A stretch of DNA of 62,574 nt, filler included, from a bacterium (GTDB taxonomy: Bacteria > UBP15 > UBA6099 > JAJRTR01): the NCBI GenBank assembly GCA_024278215.1. It is 5 parts of 5 records of this genome, joined end to end, with 100 filler letters (N's around TTAATTAATTAA, not from the genome) between each part and the next. Parts side by side here need not be neighbours in the genome. Positions count along the whole stretch, not along the records: positions 36,449 to 56,329 come from JAJRTR010000193.1; 4 more parts are not named here. The stretch is one strand, 5' to 3'. Positions 38,814 through 48,744 of the stretch are shown piece after piece (the first letter of the stretch is position 1; every line of letters begins with the position of its first letter). The notes under the pieces are model-generated. The model saw only the letters and a program-made list of their open reading frames with translations, searched no databases and was not told the DNA's origin. Made by a program: the position numbers and the translations under genes.

Positions 38814-39743
38814 CTACTGCAGCGAGTAGAAGCCTTTAAGGCTCATATTCATAAGCATGTGCATGGGTTTGGATTTGGACTTGCCCTTCAAGGGAATGTT
38901 CATGGTGGCGGATATGTCCTGGTCCATGATGAATTCGACGGCGACGGTGACGCCTGCTTCGGGTGCGAAATAGATGTCGCCGGTGAAAATAATGTTCATA
39001 TAATCGATGTCGGGCACAGAGCCGGGTGTTGCGCTGCCGAGCATTTTGCCTGCTATGCTGCTGAGGTCGCCCTGAAATTTCACGTGCAGTTTGGCGCACC
39101 TGATGCCCTTGATTTCTTCGTAGCCGATAAACTCGAAGTGTGTGACGAGTTGCGCTGCGCCCGCGCCCTCGAGTTCGCCCGCCCCGAGGTTTGTTTTCTG
39201 TGTCCATTTATCGCCCACGTCAACTGGTTGTTCAGGCAGCGGCATCTGCATCCGGCTAAGGAGATTTTTGATATCGAAGTCAGGCGACATTCCGACTGTT
39301 TTCTCCAGGCCTTTCACGTCGCTGATGATGCCGCGGGGGTCCATCTTCATCGTGAGCGGTACGAGCATGTCCGCCATGCCGGGCAGTGCGGCGCTGTCGA
39401 CATCATTTTTTTTCGAAGCGTCGTAGTCGACGACGGCATTGCCGTCTTTGGACAGATTATATTTTTCTATAGTGGAAACGATAGTGGCCACGCCGTCTTT
39501 GTCGACTTCTTTGACATCGAAGCGCCACGTCATAGCTGTTGTCATATCGAGAGGAACTTCCTGTTTTGTTTCAGACTTGCCGGGCGAGCCGATGGTGGTT
39601 GTGAGAGAGCCGGATGTATCGGCTTGCATGCCGTAGTACATCTCGTCGCCTTCGGTGAAACGGTATCTGAGCAGCACGGGTTCGGCAACTGCCGCAGTGC
39701 AGATAAAGGCGGCGAGCAGAATGAATAATATTGTTTTTTTCAT
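38814..39743 (-). CDS. Secreted hypothetical protein (DUF6263-like)
   Basis: Signal peptide, LLRYRF..G, LPEQPVDVGDKW. Confidence 0.65.
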   Translation of the reverse strand: MKKTILFILLAAFICTAAVAEPVLLRYRFTEGDEMYYGMQADTSGSLTTTIGSPGKSETKQEVPLDMTTAMTWRFDVKEVDKDGVATIVSTIEKYNLSKDGNAVVDYDASKKNDVDSAALPGMADMLVPLTMKMDPRGIISDVKGLEKTVGMSPDFDIKNLLSRMQMPLPEQPVDVGDKWTQKTNLGAGELEGAGAAQLVTHFEFIGYEEIKGIRCAKLHVKFQGDLSSIAGKMLGSATPGSVPDIDYMNIIFTGDIYFAPEAGVTVAVEFIMDQDISATMNIPLKGKSKSKPMHMLMNMSLKGFYSLQ

Positions 39744-39823
39744 TTTTGTCTCCAGGTTTGTGCCGATTGCAGACAGACGAAACAAGTAATAATTCCTTGA
39801 CATTCATCCGGCATTCGGCGTAT

Positions 39824-41173
39824 TCAATTAAGGGTGACAATATCGCCGGCGGCAATATCGGCCAGCGGAAGTTCTTTAGTGACAGCCTGCGAATATGTTT
39901 CCTTCGCCTCGACGACTTCGATAGAGCCGATGCGGTCGCGTATGCGGTCGATCTCCTGGCCCGTTACGGGGTCGATGAGCATGTCGCCGATGCGGTAGAC
40001 ATTCAGGACATCGCCGTTCTTAAGTCCGTCGGCCCTTGTGAGATTCACATATATCCTGTCGCCCGAGACCTTCAGGATGTAGCCTTCGAGAGGGAATGCG
40101 ATTCGGATTTTATCTTCGATTTTGGTGACTATCGCCTGGAAGGCCCTGGCCGCGAGTGCATCGGGGTTGTTCAGATTGTTGCTGTCGACAACCTCAGCGG
40201 GTGTGTCGGTCGACTTCAGCGAGAAGTTGTTTTCGGAAAGCTGGACGGGGATTTTTTCGTAGAACGACCATCTTCCGTTGCGCGCGTCGAGCACTCTGAG
40301 ATCAACCTCGATATTGAAAGACATCTCGAGGAATCCGGTTTCGGCAATGCCGTGTTTTTTTGTGATGGATTCATATTTCGTAATTGCGCCGACTACGACG
40401 CCGTCTATGCCTTTGAGCTTCATTATTTTTGTGATGTCGGCATTCCATATATCGTCGAAAGACTTGTCGTTTTTGTCCAGCATCTCTTCGGCGGCATCAC
40501 CGGAAATAAAGGAAAACCTGTGGTCGCGCTGGAAACGGCTCACGATTTCGCCTGTCATGAGTGGCCCGATGTCGGCGTCGCCGAACTCGGTAAAATTGAG
40601 GAAGTCCGGAATTACTATTTCATAAGGTTTTGTCAATTCGTCGGGTGAGCGGCCTGCGATGCGGTCGGCGAGTTCCGCCCTGACATTATTGTCGAGTTCG
40701 CCGCCGGCGGCGAAGCTGTTGTCGGCATCGGCAAATTTGCTGCCTGTAAGGCGCGCGAGCATCTCCTTGTAGCCGCCGGGCCCCTCGACAAGCAGCTGGA
40801 GCGTGACAATGACACTGTTGCCGCTTTCATTTTTCTTGTGCATGATGAGCTTTGCGGAGTTGATAAAGTTAGAGAATATGCGAGTCTTGCCGGGGTTGTC
40901 GTCGAGAAATTCCGCGATAGTGCGTGTGTCGATGGAGGCCGGATCGACAGGCTGGCGCTCCAGCACTTTGCGTATCTCGCTCTTCGCCTTCTCGACCGCC
41001 ACGCCGCGCGCCGACTGGTACGAATCCACACGCTGCATCTCCGCCTCACCGCGCCCGATGATGATCCCACTCTTCATATCTATGTAGGCATCAAGCGCAT
41101 ATGAAGCGGTTGCACTGAAAAGAAAACATAAAACAATAACGGTCAAAAAAAATAAACTTCTCTTTTTATCCAT
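39824..41173 (-). CDS. Exported CsgG/FlgT-C-domain protein
   Basis: Signal peptide; TolB-N/CsgG-like middle (VVGAITKY, VDLRVLD); FlgT-like C-terminus (LEGYILKV, IYVNL, IDPVTG). Confidence 0.7.
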   Translation of the reverse strand: MDKKRSLFFLTVIVLCFLFSATASYALDAYIDMKSGIIIGRGEAEMQRVDSYQSARGVAVEKAKSEIRKVLERQPVDPASIDTRTIAEFLDDNPGKTRIFSNFINSAKLIMHKKNESGNSVIVTLQLLVEGPGGYKEMLARLTGSKFADADNSFAAGGELDNNVRAELADRIAGRSPDELTKPYEIVIPDFLNFTEFGDADIGPLMTGEIVSRFQRDHRFSFISGDAAEEMLDKNDKSFDDIWNADITKIMKLKGIDGVVVGAITKYESITKKHGIAETGFLEMSFNIEVDLRVLDARNGRWSFYEKIPVQLSENNFSLKSTDTPAEVVDSNNLNNPDALAARAFQAIVTKIEDKIRIAFPLEGYILKVSGDRIYVNLTRADGLKNGDVLNVYRIGDMLIDPVTGQEIDRIRDRIGSIEVVEAKETYSQAVTKELPLADIAAGDIVTLN

Positions 41174-41252
41174 ATCGTTTTTGCCTCCGATGTTGTCTAA
41201 TGGATAATTTTAGTCTAATCTAACACTACTTACAAAGCAAGCAGGTAATAAG

Positions 41253-41381
41253 GGGTGTGCGACACAAAAGTGGGTTTTTACGGAAAGCGGGACAGGTACC
41301 GCAAAAAACAGCGTTACCAGTCCCTGTCTTTCGCACATTAAAAATGTGGTTGGTTTTAACCCACTTTTATGTCGCACACCC
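41253..41381. mobile_element. 129-bp MITE, family C
   Basis: 24-bp TIR GGGTGTGCGACAYAAAAGTGGGTT with one mismatch. Confidence 0.85.
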
Positions 41382-41489
41382 GGCACTAAGGTGCATTTAT
41401 TACTGGAATGCGATGTATCTAGTCGAAAAGAATTCCCCGGTACCTACGTCGGGGAGCTTCATTCTTTAAAATCAGCGAGGTGCATATCT

Positions 41490-42548
41490 ATGGACAGTGC
41501 GCACGAAAAAAATTATAAACTATTCAGCAATCTCATCAAGCCCGCATTCGACATCACTATCGACAGCAGCATATCGAACCCGCAATATATTCCGGACGAA
41601 GGCTCCGGCATACTGATATCAAACCACCGCAGCGACCTGGACCCATTTCTCATCATGGTCAACTCCTACAGGCCGGTGAACTGGATCGGCGCGCGCTATC
41701 TCTGGAACATTCCGTTTCTCAACCTGCTTTTCGACGGCATCGGCGCCATCCCGATATCCAAAAGGAAAAAAGACATACACGAAGCCATCGACAAGGCCAT
41801 CGAATGTCTCGAAGACGGCCAGCTCGTCGGCATCTTCCCCGAGGGCTGGGACTATATCGCCCAGAACCAGTTCGACTGGAGCGTCGGCAAATTCCAGACC
41901 GGATTCGCACGCATGGCATTCCAGACCGGCGCGCCCATCGTGCCCATAGCGATGCTCGGACTCAAGGAGCAGCGCGGCATACAGGCGTTTTCGCCCCGAA
42001 TCAGGAAATTTTTCGATTACCCCATCGAACTCCAGTACATCAAAGGACGTGTCGTCTACAAAAAGATTCACATCAACGTCGGTAAACCCATTCCCTGTCC
42101 CACCGATGCAGACCCCGACAATTACAAATCCGTCAAAGAATTCGCGCAACACGTAAATGAAGTCGTCAGGCAATTGTACGAGGATATTCCTGAGAATGTT
42201 GTCGGATTCGACAGGTTCGAGCCGATCACAGCCGAAGAGGGCGTCGGCAAACCAATGCCGGAAGACGAATTCGCCGACGACATCCTGGAAGCTGTCGTTA
42301 TGGTACGCCGCAAGACAAAAGATGCCGGCCTCGAGTACGACGAAGAACTTCTCGAACGCCTGGAAAACCACCATGCGCAGCTCGAAATATTGAGATCTTC
42401 TGAAGACAAAAATGTCCGACGCATGGCGGCGTTCTACATCGAGTGGCTCTCGAAGATCGACAACGCGATAGAAAACGGTGCCAACATTAACGAATGGTTC
42501 CAGCAATATCTTCGTAAACCATCAAGAGGCCCAAAACAATTCAGGTAG
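41490..42548 (+). CDS. plsC: 1-acyl-sn-glycerol-3-phosphate acyltransferase with C-terminal extension
   Basis: SNHRSDLD (HxxxxD), IFPEG, APIVPI; GAGGT RBS before ATG 41490. Confidence 0.85.
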   Translation: MDSAHEKNYKLFSNLIKPAFDITIDSSISNPQYIPDEGSGILISNHRSDLDPFLIMVNSYRPVNWIGARYLWNIPFLNLLFDGIGAIPISKRKKDIHEAIDKAIECLEDGQLVGIFPEGWDYIAQNQFDWSVGKFQTGFARMAFQTGAPIVPIAMLGLKEQRGIQAFSPRIRKFFDYPIELQYIKGRVVYKKIHINVGKPIPCPTDADPDNYKSVKEFAQHVNEVVRQLYEDIPENVVGFDRFEPITAEEGVGKPMPEDEFADDILEAVVMVRRKTKDAGLEYDEELLERLENHHAQLEILRSSEDKNVRRMAAFYIEWLSKIDNAIENGANINEWFQQYLRKPSRGPKQFR

Positions 42549-43029
42549 TTTTCAATGTAATACAATAACAAACAGGTAGTCTCTTTGTTCGCCATGATCG
42601 ACAACGCTTAAAAAAGAATAGCGCTTTAACCGCATGTCACATGCAGCCGGGAATAGACCAATTTCACATACAATTTACTTTCCATGTCCATTTGACATCA
42701 TCCATAATTGCATCAACTCTTTACTCCATTACATCCACACACACAACAAAAAACGCAACACTCTTTTGTACATATAGCTTGTCGTCGTAATACCAATCCA
42801 TCCTGATTATTCTATTTCGTAATTACATAACTATTGCTTTCATGTCTCCTGCTTTTTATCACTATATATTTTCAGGCGGCACAACATCCTCATAGTTCAC
42901 ATTTCATACATTTAAACACAACATCTCATCTTTCACATCTCCGATTATATAAAACATGATCTATCGAGATATTGGTTTCACGTAGTGATTTGACACAAAA
43001 TATTTCACACAAAAGCAATGTTTTTAAGC

Positions 43030-43360
43030 TGTATAAGTTTATTCAAAAATCTTCAAAAAAGATGTACATTACGATTTTTCCACAATTTACAGTATGTCTT
43101 CTGTGGATAAGTTAAATAAATGTGGAAAAAACAGTGCGGAACCTAATATTTCCACCTTATTTTCGTGTATTTCACTTTATATTAAGCTATTCAGATGGAT
43201 TTTTCACATTACTTTTATGTCTTCACCATACTATCGGCAATTCTTTACCCTCTTCCAAAATATCATTGCGTCAGCTTTCCACCTGTTATGAAATACGTGT
43301 TTTTTCTCCGGAAAATACATCATTAATCCGATATTCCGCCCGCTTTACACAGAAAACGAT
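43030..43360. promoter_or_regulatory. DnaA-box cluster (candidate oriC component)
   Basis: TGTGGATAA 43102-43110 (perfect), TTTTCCACA 43076-43084, TGTGGAAAA 43121-43129 plus weaker boxes in a 1.1-kb AT-rich gene-free stretch. Confidence 0.65.
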
Positions 43361-43704
43361 ATAGTACATAGCGTTTTACCGGACAATAAAATATAAACGG
43401 ACTGTGTGTCGTCATGGTGAAAATATGTGTGTATTTGATTATCATGATACTCGTGACAGCAGTATGATATTGATAACGGATACAATATATGCACATTGAA
43501 AATACCCTGGCTGTGGTCAATTCTTGGATTATATATTTTGTATAGATTATGATTTATCACTTACTGCTCAGGGCGATAGTACACAAACGTACAATACTAA
43601 CACATGACCATAAACGCATGTATTCTATGAAAGCATGAGATAAGTCAGCGCATGTATGTCCATAGAAATGTACATGGCAGAAGTATAAATGTTTATCATG
43701 AACA

Positions 43705-44565
43705 TTATTTATTTTGAATTGTATAAGTCAGGTAGACACTGTCGTCGATCCGGGTATTCGCTCCATCTTGAGTCATAAGGTAGGTAATGCCGATTGAATT
43801 ATCATCTCCGGTTCTGAAATCGATGCCCCCGCCGACCCGGAACCTTTCTTCGCTTATTTCATCGAACGGGACAGTGCCGCCGCCGCCGAGTGCTGTCATG
43901 CTAAGGTCATTGCCGCTTATCTGGTCTGTATAGCGGACGATGCCGCGAATAAGAAGTTTATCAAATACGCGGCCGGCTTCGAAATCAATTTCATATTCAT
44001 CTTCAGGCCTTCCGACCCTTACCCTGTAGAGCACATCGGCGCTCCAATACATGGTTCTTGCCTGATAATATTCACCGAAAGCAACGCCTGCCTCGAAATC
44101 AAAGGTGGCGTCTCCGGGGGAATTAAGATATTGCTCATCATAAGTGCCGGGAATAGAAATGCCGGCAACCAGGGCTATTGCAGTGTGTCCGCCGTGGAGT
44201 TGTTTCCTGTATCGAAGCCTGGAATCTGTTAAACCCTGTATCGACTTTTTCGAGACACCGTCTATTACGGTATCAGCCTGGGAGCGCACAAACCCGACGA
44301 GCAGGCTGAGGTCCTGATTATTTTCGAGGCCCCAGTTGTAATAATAGAAAAACTCATACTGGTCGTAATCGTCATTCAGGCTTATTTCCCTGCCTGCGCC
44401 GTCGTAGTAATTGTCATAGAAAGAGTAAGCGACAGTAAGCGCGGTCTGCACACGGCCCTGCTCCTGAACCCATGGATTTGCAAATGCGATTGCCGGTGCT
44501 ATCAAAGCGAATAGTACAACGGATACAATGGGTACAAAATGATTTTTTGCAATTTTTTTTCTCAC
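43705..44565 (-). CDS. Putative outer-membrane beta-barrel protein
   Basis: Signal peptide AFA|NPWVQ, Tyr/Asp-rich alternating strands, GLTDSRLRYR, C-terminal VYLTY. Confidence 0.7.
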   Translation of the reverse strand: MRKKIAKNHFVPIVSVVLFALIAPAIAFANPWVQEQGRVQTALTVAYSFYDNYYDGAGREISLNDDYDQYEFFYYYNWGLENNQDLSLLVGFVRSQADTVIDGVSKKSIQGLTDSRLRYRKQLHGGHTAIALVAGISIPGTYDEQYLNSPGDATFDFEAGVAFGEYYQARTMYWSADVLYRVRVGRPEDEYEIDFEAGRVFDKLLIRGIVRYTDQISGNDLSMTALGGGGTVPFDEISEERFRVGGGIDFRTGDDNSIGITYLMTQDGANTRIDDSVYLTYTIQNK

Positions 44566-44693
44566 GGTTGTTCTCCTCTAAATGCAAATACAATGAACCC
44601 GGAGTAAACTCCAAGGAATTCTTTTCGATTAAATGCAGATTATAGCAGATTTCCTGATATTTTTGCTGCTTGAAATTTTATATTTTTTTTCCA

Positions 44694-44722
44694 TTGAAAA
44701 CATCGTGCGTATTTGATAGTAT
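44694..44722 (+). promoter_or_regulatory. Putative dnaA sigma70 promoter
   Basis: TTGAAA-17 bp-TAGTAT. Confidence 0.45.
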
Positions 44723-44975
44723 AAGCAAGCACGTGGTCGTCCCGGGGAACCACATACTACTAAGAAGATAGAGAAGCGAGCAAAACGAGTTCTCCTTATA
44801 AGATATCGACGATCAGTTAGATTCTGACAAAGTACATTCTGAGAATATGTCTCTCATGGTGTATCTCACTCACAAAGGAAGGAACTTTGTGTATGTTATA
44901 TATTATTGGAGTCTGTCATAAGATGTATTTGTATAGAATTCATCCATAAATACGATACCTGCGGGTGAGATAAAC

Positions 44976-46358
44976 ATGTCTGTAAATGAAATATGGAAGC
45001 AAATTCTTGTTTCTCTTGAGAACAGGGTGAGTCGGCCTGTTTACGAGATGCTTATCAAGAAGATCGAACCAGTGGAAATCGACGGGGACACATTCAAGGT
45101 GATAGTCAGAGGTTCGATGGCAAGTGAGATAAATAATTACAGCGGTATTATAAAAGAAGAGTTATTTAATGTGATGGGGCGGGAAATGGGTCTGGAATCG
45201 GAAATCGACGAAAGTGATGTTGAGATTCCGATACGCACTTTGCCGCCTGTGAAAAGAAAAACCGTTGTGCAGGAGACAACAAGACATGAACAGAGACCGC
45301 CGCTGAGGCAGGAAAGCCGCATTTCAAGGCCATCGCTCAATAGTATGTATACGTTCGATACGTTTGTGGTCGGATCGAACAATCAGTTCTGTCACAACGC
45401 ATCGCGGGCGGTGGCGGAAAAACCGGGTCAGACTTATAATCCGCTTTTTATATACGGAGGCGTGGGGCTCGGCAAAACCCATTTGATGCACGCTATAGGC
45501 CAGTATGTAATGTCGGTCCGGCCCGACCTCAATGTCGCTTATGTACATGCTGATGGTTTTATTCACGACTACACGGAACACATACTGCAGAATAATGTAG
45601 TGGGCTTTAGAAACTATTATCTGCGTTCGGACCTTCTGCTGATCGACGATATTCACAAGCTCGAGGGGAAAGAAGGAACACAAAACGAATTTTTTCAACT
45701 TTTCAATACATTTTATGAGAACCACAAGCAGATAGTAATAACGTGCGACCGAATACCGCGCGAACTGACGACGCTCGAGGAAAGGCTCGTGTCGCGGCTG
45801 GGATGGGGCTTGATCGCGGATATAAAACCACCCGACTATGAGACGAGATTCGCAATTTTAAAGAGAAAATTGAAAAGTGATAATATAGATAAGAGACTGC
45901 ATGTTCCGGACGAGGTACTTGACTATATTGCAAAGACCATAAAGCAGAACATACGTGATCTCGAAGGTGTACTGAATATCATCTGTGCAAGAAGCGAATA
46001 CAACAACCAGGATATTACGATTGGTCTTGCAGAAGATATTATAAGCAATATCGCCCCACGCATGGACGAGGGAGAAGTGACGCTGGACCTGATAATAAAT
46101 GCTGTAGCAGCTCATTTCGGTGTAGATAAGGAGAAGATAACAGGAAAAAGCCGCAAGAAGGAAATAGTTGTTCCGCGACGTGTAGCCATGTTTATGATGA
46201 GAGAGATTAAGAATCTACCATACAACTCCATCGGCGAATATTTCGGTAAAGACCATACAACTGTGATGTATTCATGCGACACGCTTATAAAGGAAATGGA
46301 ACATGACAGCAGACTTCAAAAAGCAGTAGAGAAAATAAAAGAAAAAATCACAGGTTAA
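44976..46358 (+). CDS. dnaA: Chromosomal replication initiator
   Basis: YTFDTFVVG, YNPLFIYGGVGLGKTHL, LLIDDI, RLVSRLGWGL, KDHTTV. Confidence 0.99.
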   Translation: MSVNEIWKQILVSLENRVSRPVYEMLIKKIEPVEIDGDTFKVIVRGSMASEINNYSGIIKEELFNVMGREMGLESEIDESDVEIPIRTLPPVKRKTVVQETTRHEQRPPLRQESRISRPSLNSMYTFDTFVVGSNNQFCHNASRAVAEKPGQTYNPLFIYGGVGLGKTHLMHAIGQYVMSVRPDLNVAYVHADGFIHDYTEHILQNNVVGFRNYYLRSDLLLIDDIHKLEGKEGTQNEFFQLFNTFYENHKQIVITCDRIPRELTTLEERLVSRLGWGLIADIKPPDYETRFAILKRKLKSDNIDKRLHVPDEVLDYIAKTIKQNIRDLEGVLNIICARSEYNNQDITIGLAEDIISNIAPRMDEGEVTLDLIINAVAAHFGVDKEKITGKSRKKEIVVPRRVAMFMMREIKNLPYNSIGEYFGKDHTTVMYSCDTLIKEMEHDSRLQKAVEKIKEKITG

Positions 46359-46579
46359 AAATCGGTGGAAATATGTTAAAATGTATATCACTTTTACACA
46401 CACGGAAAAACAGATGTGGAAAAAGCCGAGTTGTCCAGAAGTTATCAGATGGTTATACACACTATCGAAACTGGAAGAAACAGTGTTGTAAGATGTTTTT
46501 TTGATGCTTTGCACTTTTCAACACGGCCTATATTGTTTTATATAAAAGAGATTAAATAAAGTATGATAAAGATAGAGGA
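46359..46579. promoter_or_regulatory. Probable oriC unwinding region (dnaA-dnaN intergenic)
   Basis: Boxes TTTTACACA 46392, TGTGGAAAA 46415, TTATACACA 46453, TTTTCAACA 46515 followed by CGGCC and an AT-rich stretch. Confidence 0.75.
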
Positions 46580-46588
46580 GTGAAAAAC

Positions 46589-47689
46589 ATGAAATTCTCA
46601 TGTGGCAGGGAAACACTAATAAGAAAACTGCAGATGGCGCAAAGGGCCACAGATTCTAAAAGCAATATAGCAGTACTCAGAAATGTATTGTTTATGCTGG
46701 AAGGCGATAAACTCGACCTGACTGGATTTGATCACAGGATAGGGATCAAAACAAGTCTGGAATGTGCGATGGAAGAACCTGGAGAAATCACAATGCCGTG
46801 TTCGTTGTTGCTGGAGATACTCGGAGTAATGAAAGGTGATTCGGTATATTTTCAACTTGACGGATTTGTTATGAATATCGAATGCGGCAGGCAGAGGTAT
46901 AGTGTCAATTGCATGTCGGCGGAAGATTTCCCGCCGTTTCCTGATATCAAAGAGAGTAAGTCTTTCGATTTCGCCGCGGAAATGTTGGAGAAGGGTATCA
47001 GGCAGACGTATTTTGCGACGAATCCCGATGACCCGCGCGCATTTATGGGTGGTGTGCTGATGAGTTCTAAGGGCGGCAGATTGCTATATGTAGGCACGGA
47101 CGGACACAGGCTGGCATTCAGAGAATTCGAGCCGGGCGGTTCAATGCCGGAGTTTGATGTCGTTATTCCCACGAGGACTCTGGGAGAAATTCTGAGAATG
47201 ATCTCTGAAACGGATGCCGAAAAAGTTGAGATCACTACCGGAGATAAAACGATATCTTTCGTGGTCGGAGATGTGTTTATGGTTTCCAGGCTTATAGAAG
47301 TTAAATTCCCCAACTTTACAAAAGTTATACCGGAAAACACGGAAGGGTCATGTCGTGTCAGCAGGCAGAATTTTGCCGATGCCGTTCGCGGCGCGTCCAT
47401 CATGGCACGCGCTAAAGAAAACAAGGATATGATCGAGATAAATATCACCGACGAAAGCATCAAGCTGTTCGCGAGTACAATGGATATGGGAAGTGCAACG
47501 GAAGAGATAGAAGTTGTTAAAAAGGGAAACGATGTAAGGGTCGCGTTCAACTCGAAGTATATAATTGATTTTCTAAGCGTTGTCGATGAAGAGGAAGTCA
47601 TAATCGACTACACCGATGAGCTTAAACCCGGTCTTTTCCGCACTGATGAGCCAGGCTACAAGTATGTTCTGATGCCTATTCAGGTGTGA
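46589..47689 (+). CDS. dnaN: DNA polymerase III beta sliding clamp
   Basis: Follows dnaA; EDFPPFP, GTDGHRLA, SRLIE.KFP, FNSKY, YVLMP. Confidence 0.98.
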   Translation: MKFSCGRETLIRKLQMAQRATDSKSNIAVLRNVLFMLEGDKLDLTGFDHRIGIKTSLECAMEEPGEITMPCSLLLEILGVMKGDSVYFQLDGFVMNIECGRQRYSVNCMSAEDFPPFPDIKESKSFDFAAEMLEKGIRQTYFATNPDDPRAFMGGVLMSSKGGRLLYVGTDGHRLAFREFEPGGSMPEFDVVIPTRTLGEILRMISETDAEKVEITTGDKTISFVVGDVFMVSRLIEVKFPNFTKVIPENTEGSCRVSRQNFADAVRGASIMARAKENKDMIEINITDESIKLFASTMDMGSATEEIEVVKKGNDVRVAFNSKYIIDFLSVVDEEEVIIDYTDELKPGLFRTDEPGYKYVLMPIQV

Positions 47690-47817
47690 AATGATAACGT
47701 GATGAGCCAATTGCGCATATTCATGTTCTGCTGTGTCCGGTTGCAATTGGCTCTGATGTAAAGAATGTGTAGTCGCGGGAAAAAGATCGGAAACAACTGA
47801 CGACCGGGATTCCCGAT

Positions 47818-48114
47818 ATGAAAAAAAGAAAAGATATAAAGCCCATATCAGGAATACTTGATACTCTTCGCAGTGAACTGAGGGTCGATGAGAATATAGA
47901 GCTTCACGCGTCGGTGCGTGATTGGGAAAGTATTGTCGGCCCACGGCTCAGCGCACACACGAAACCACTCCACATAAAGAATCGAATCCTGTTTGTAAAT
48001 GCGGAAGGCGCAGTATGGCAGCAGGAAATACTATTTGCCAAAAGGCAGATAATAATGAGAGTGAACGACCGGCTTGGTCGCAATCATGTAAGAGAAGTGA
48101 GGTTTTCCAATTGA
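47818..48114 (+). CDS. dciA: DUF721/DciA family helicase-loading protein
   Basis: WESIVG..LSAHT.P, LFVN, WQQE pattern; position after dnaN. Confidence 0.8.
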   Translation: MKKRKDIKPISGILDTLRSELRVDENIELHASVRDWESIVGPRLSAHTKPLHIKNRILFVNAEGAVWQQEILFAKRQIIMRVNDRLGRNHVREVRFSN

Positions 48115-48275
48115 AGGTGTCGGCTGTCCGCAGGTTTGAAAAATCCGTGTCTTAAGGAAACCCCGGCATTATTTCAGACAATCCCGCCCATTATATGTAC
48201 CCATAAACCGTGAAAAAAAAGAATGAAGAAGACAGGTGAAGCATTAAAAGAATATTAACAATTTTCAGAATACTT

Positions 48276-48683
48276 GTGTTGCAGAAAAGGATCGGGCGTG
48301 ACGGAGGGAGCGCGTCTCTGTTGATCCCAGATTGCGCTGTGTCGAAAAAAACGGATATGAGCGCGGAAGAAATCGAGAAACTTGTAAACAGGACACTGAA
48401 AGCCGGTAGTCTTCTCGGAGGTTTGAACACATGTCTTACAAGGTCTGTTATACGATGCCGGCTTATGAGGGAAAACGGAATAGACGCACGAGTAATGCTG
48501 GGTCTGAACAAGGGCGATGAAGAACTTGCCGGTCATAGCTGGGTGGTGTGGCCCGGCGGACCGGACCACCCGCCGAATCCTGCCGATTATGACGACATAC
48601 AGATGATTCCAACGCTTGAAAAACAACCAGGCTGGTCACCGGAATTTTCACAAAGAAACTCAAGGAAACAAGATAAAAAATAA
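48276..48683 (+). CDS. Lasso peptide B2-like transglutaminase-fold protease
   Basis: TCLTRS...MRENG....VMLG......AGHSWV; start codon uncertain. Confidence 0.75.
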   Translation: MLQKRIGRDGGSASLLIPDCAVSKKTDMSAEEIEKLVNRTLKAGSLLGGLNTCLTRSVIRCRLMRENGIDARVMLGLNKGDEELAGHSWVVWPGGPDHPPNPADYDDIQMIPTLEKQPGWSPEFSQRNSRKQDKK

Positions 48684-48689
48684 TACAAC

Positions 48690-48737
48690 GAGCCGGTTGA
48701 AAGCCTATTTTTGAAATCAGAATTTTGCAATTGGCTC
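48690..48737 (+). mobile_element. 48-bp internally deleted family A derivative
   Basis: GAGCCGGTTGAAA...AATCAGAATTTTGCAATTGGCTC flanked by CAAC direct repeats. Confidence 0.8.
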
Positions 48738-48744
48738 CAACGTA

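Noticed and set aside
41346-41489. N-terminal extension of plsC
   Set aside because: Starts inside the family C MITE; ATG 41490 has an RBS
48237-48239. In-frame TGA as selenocysteine or recoding upstream of the B2-like gene
   Set aside because: Not at a catalytic position, no evident SECIS, and TGA is used as a normal stop elsewhere in the window
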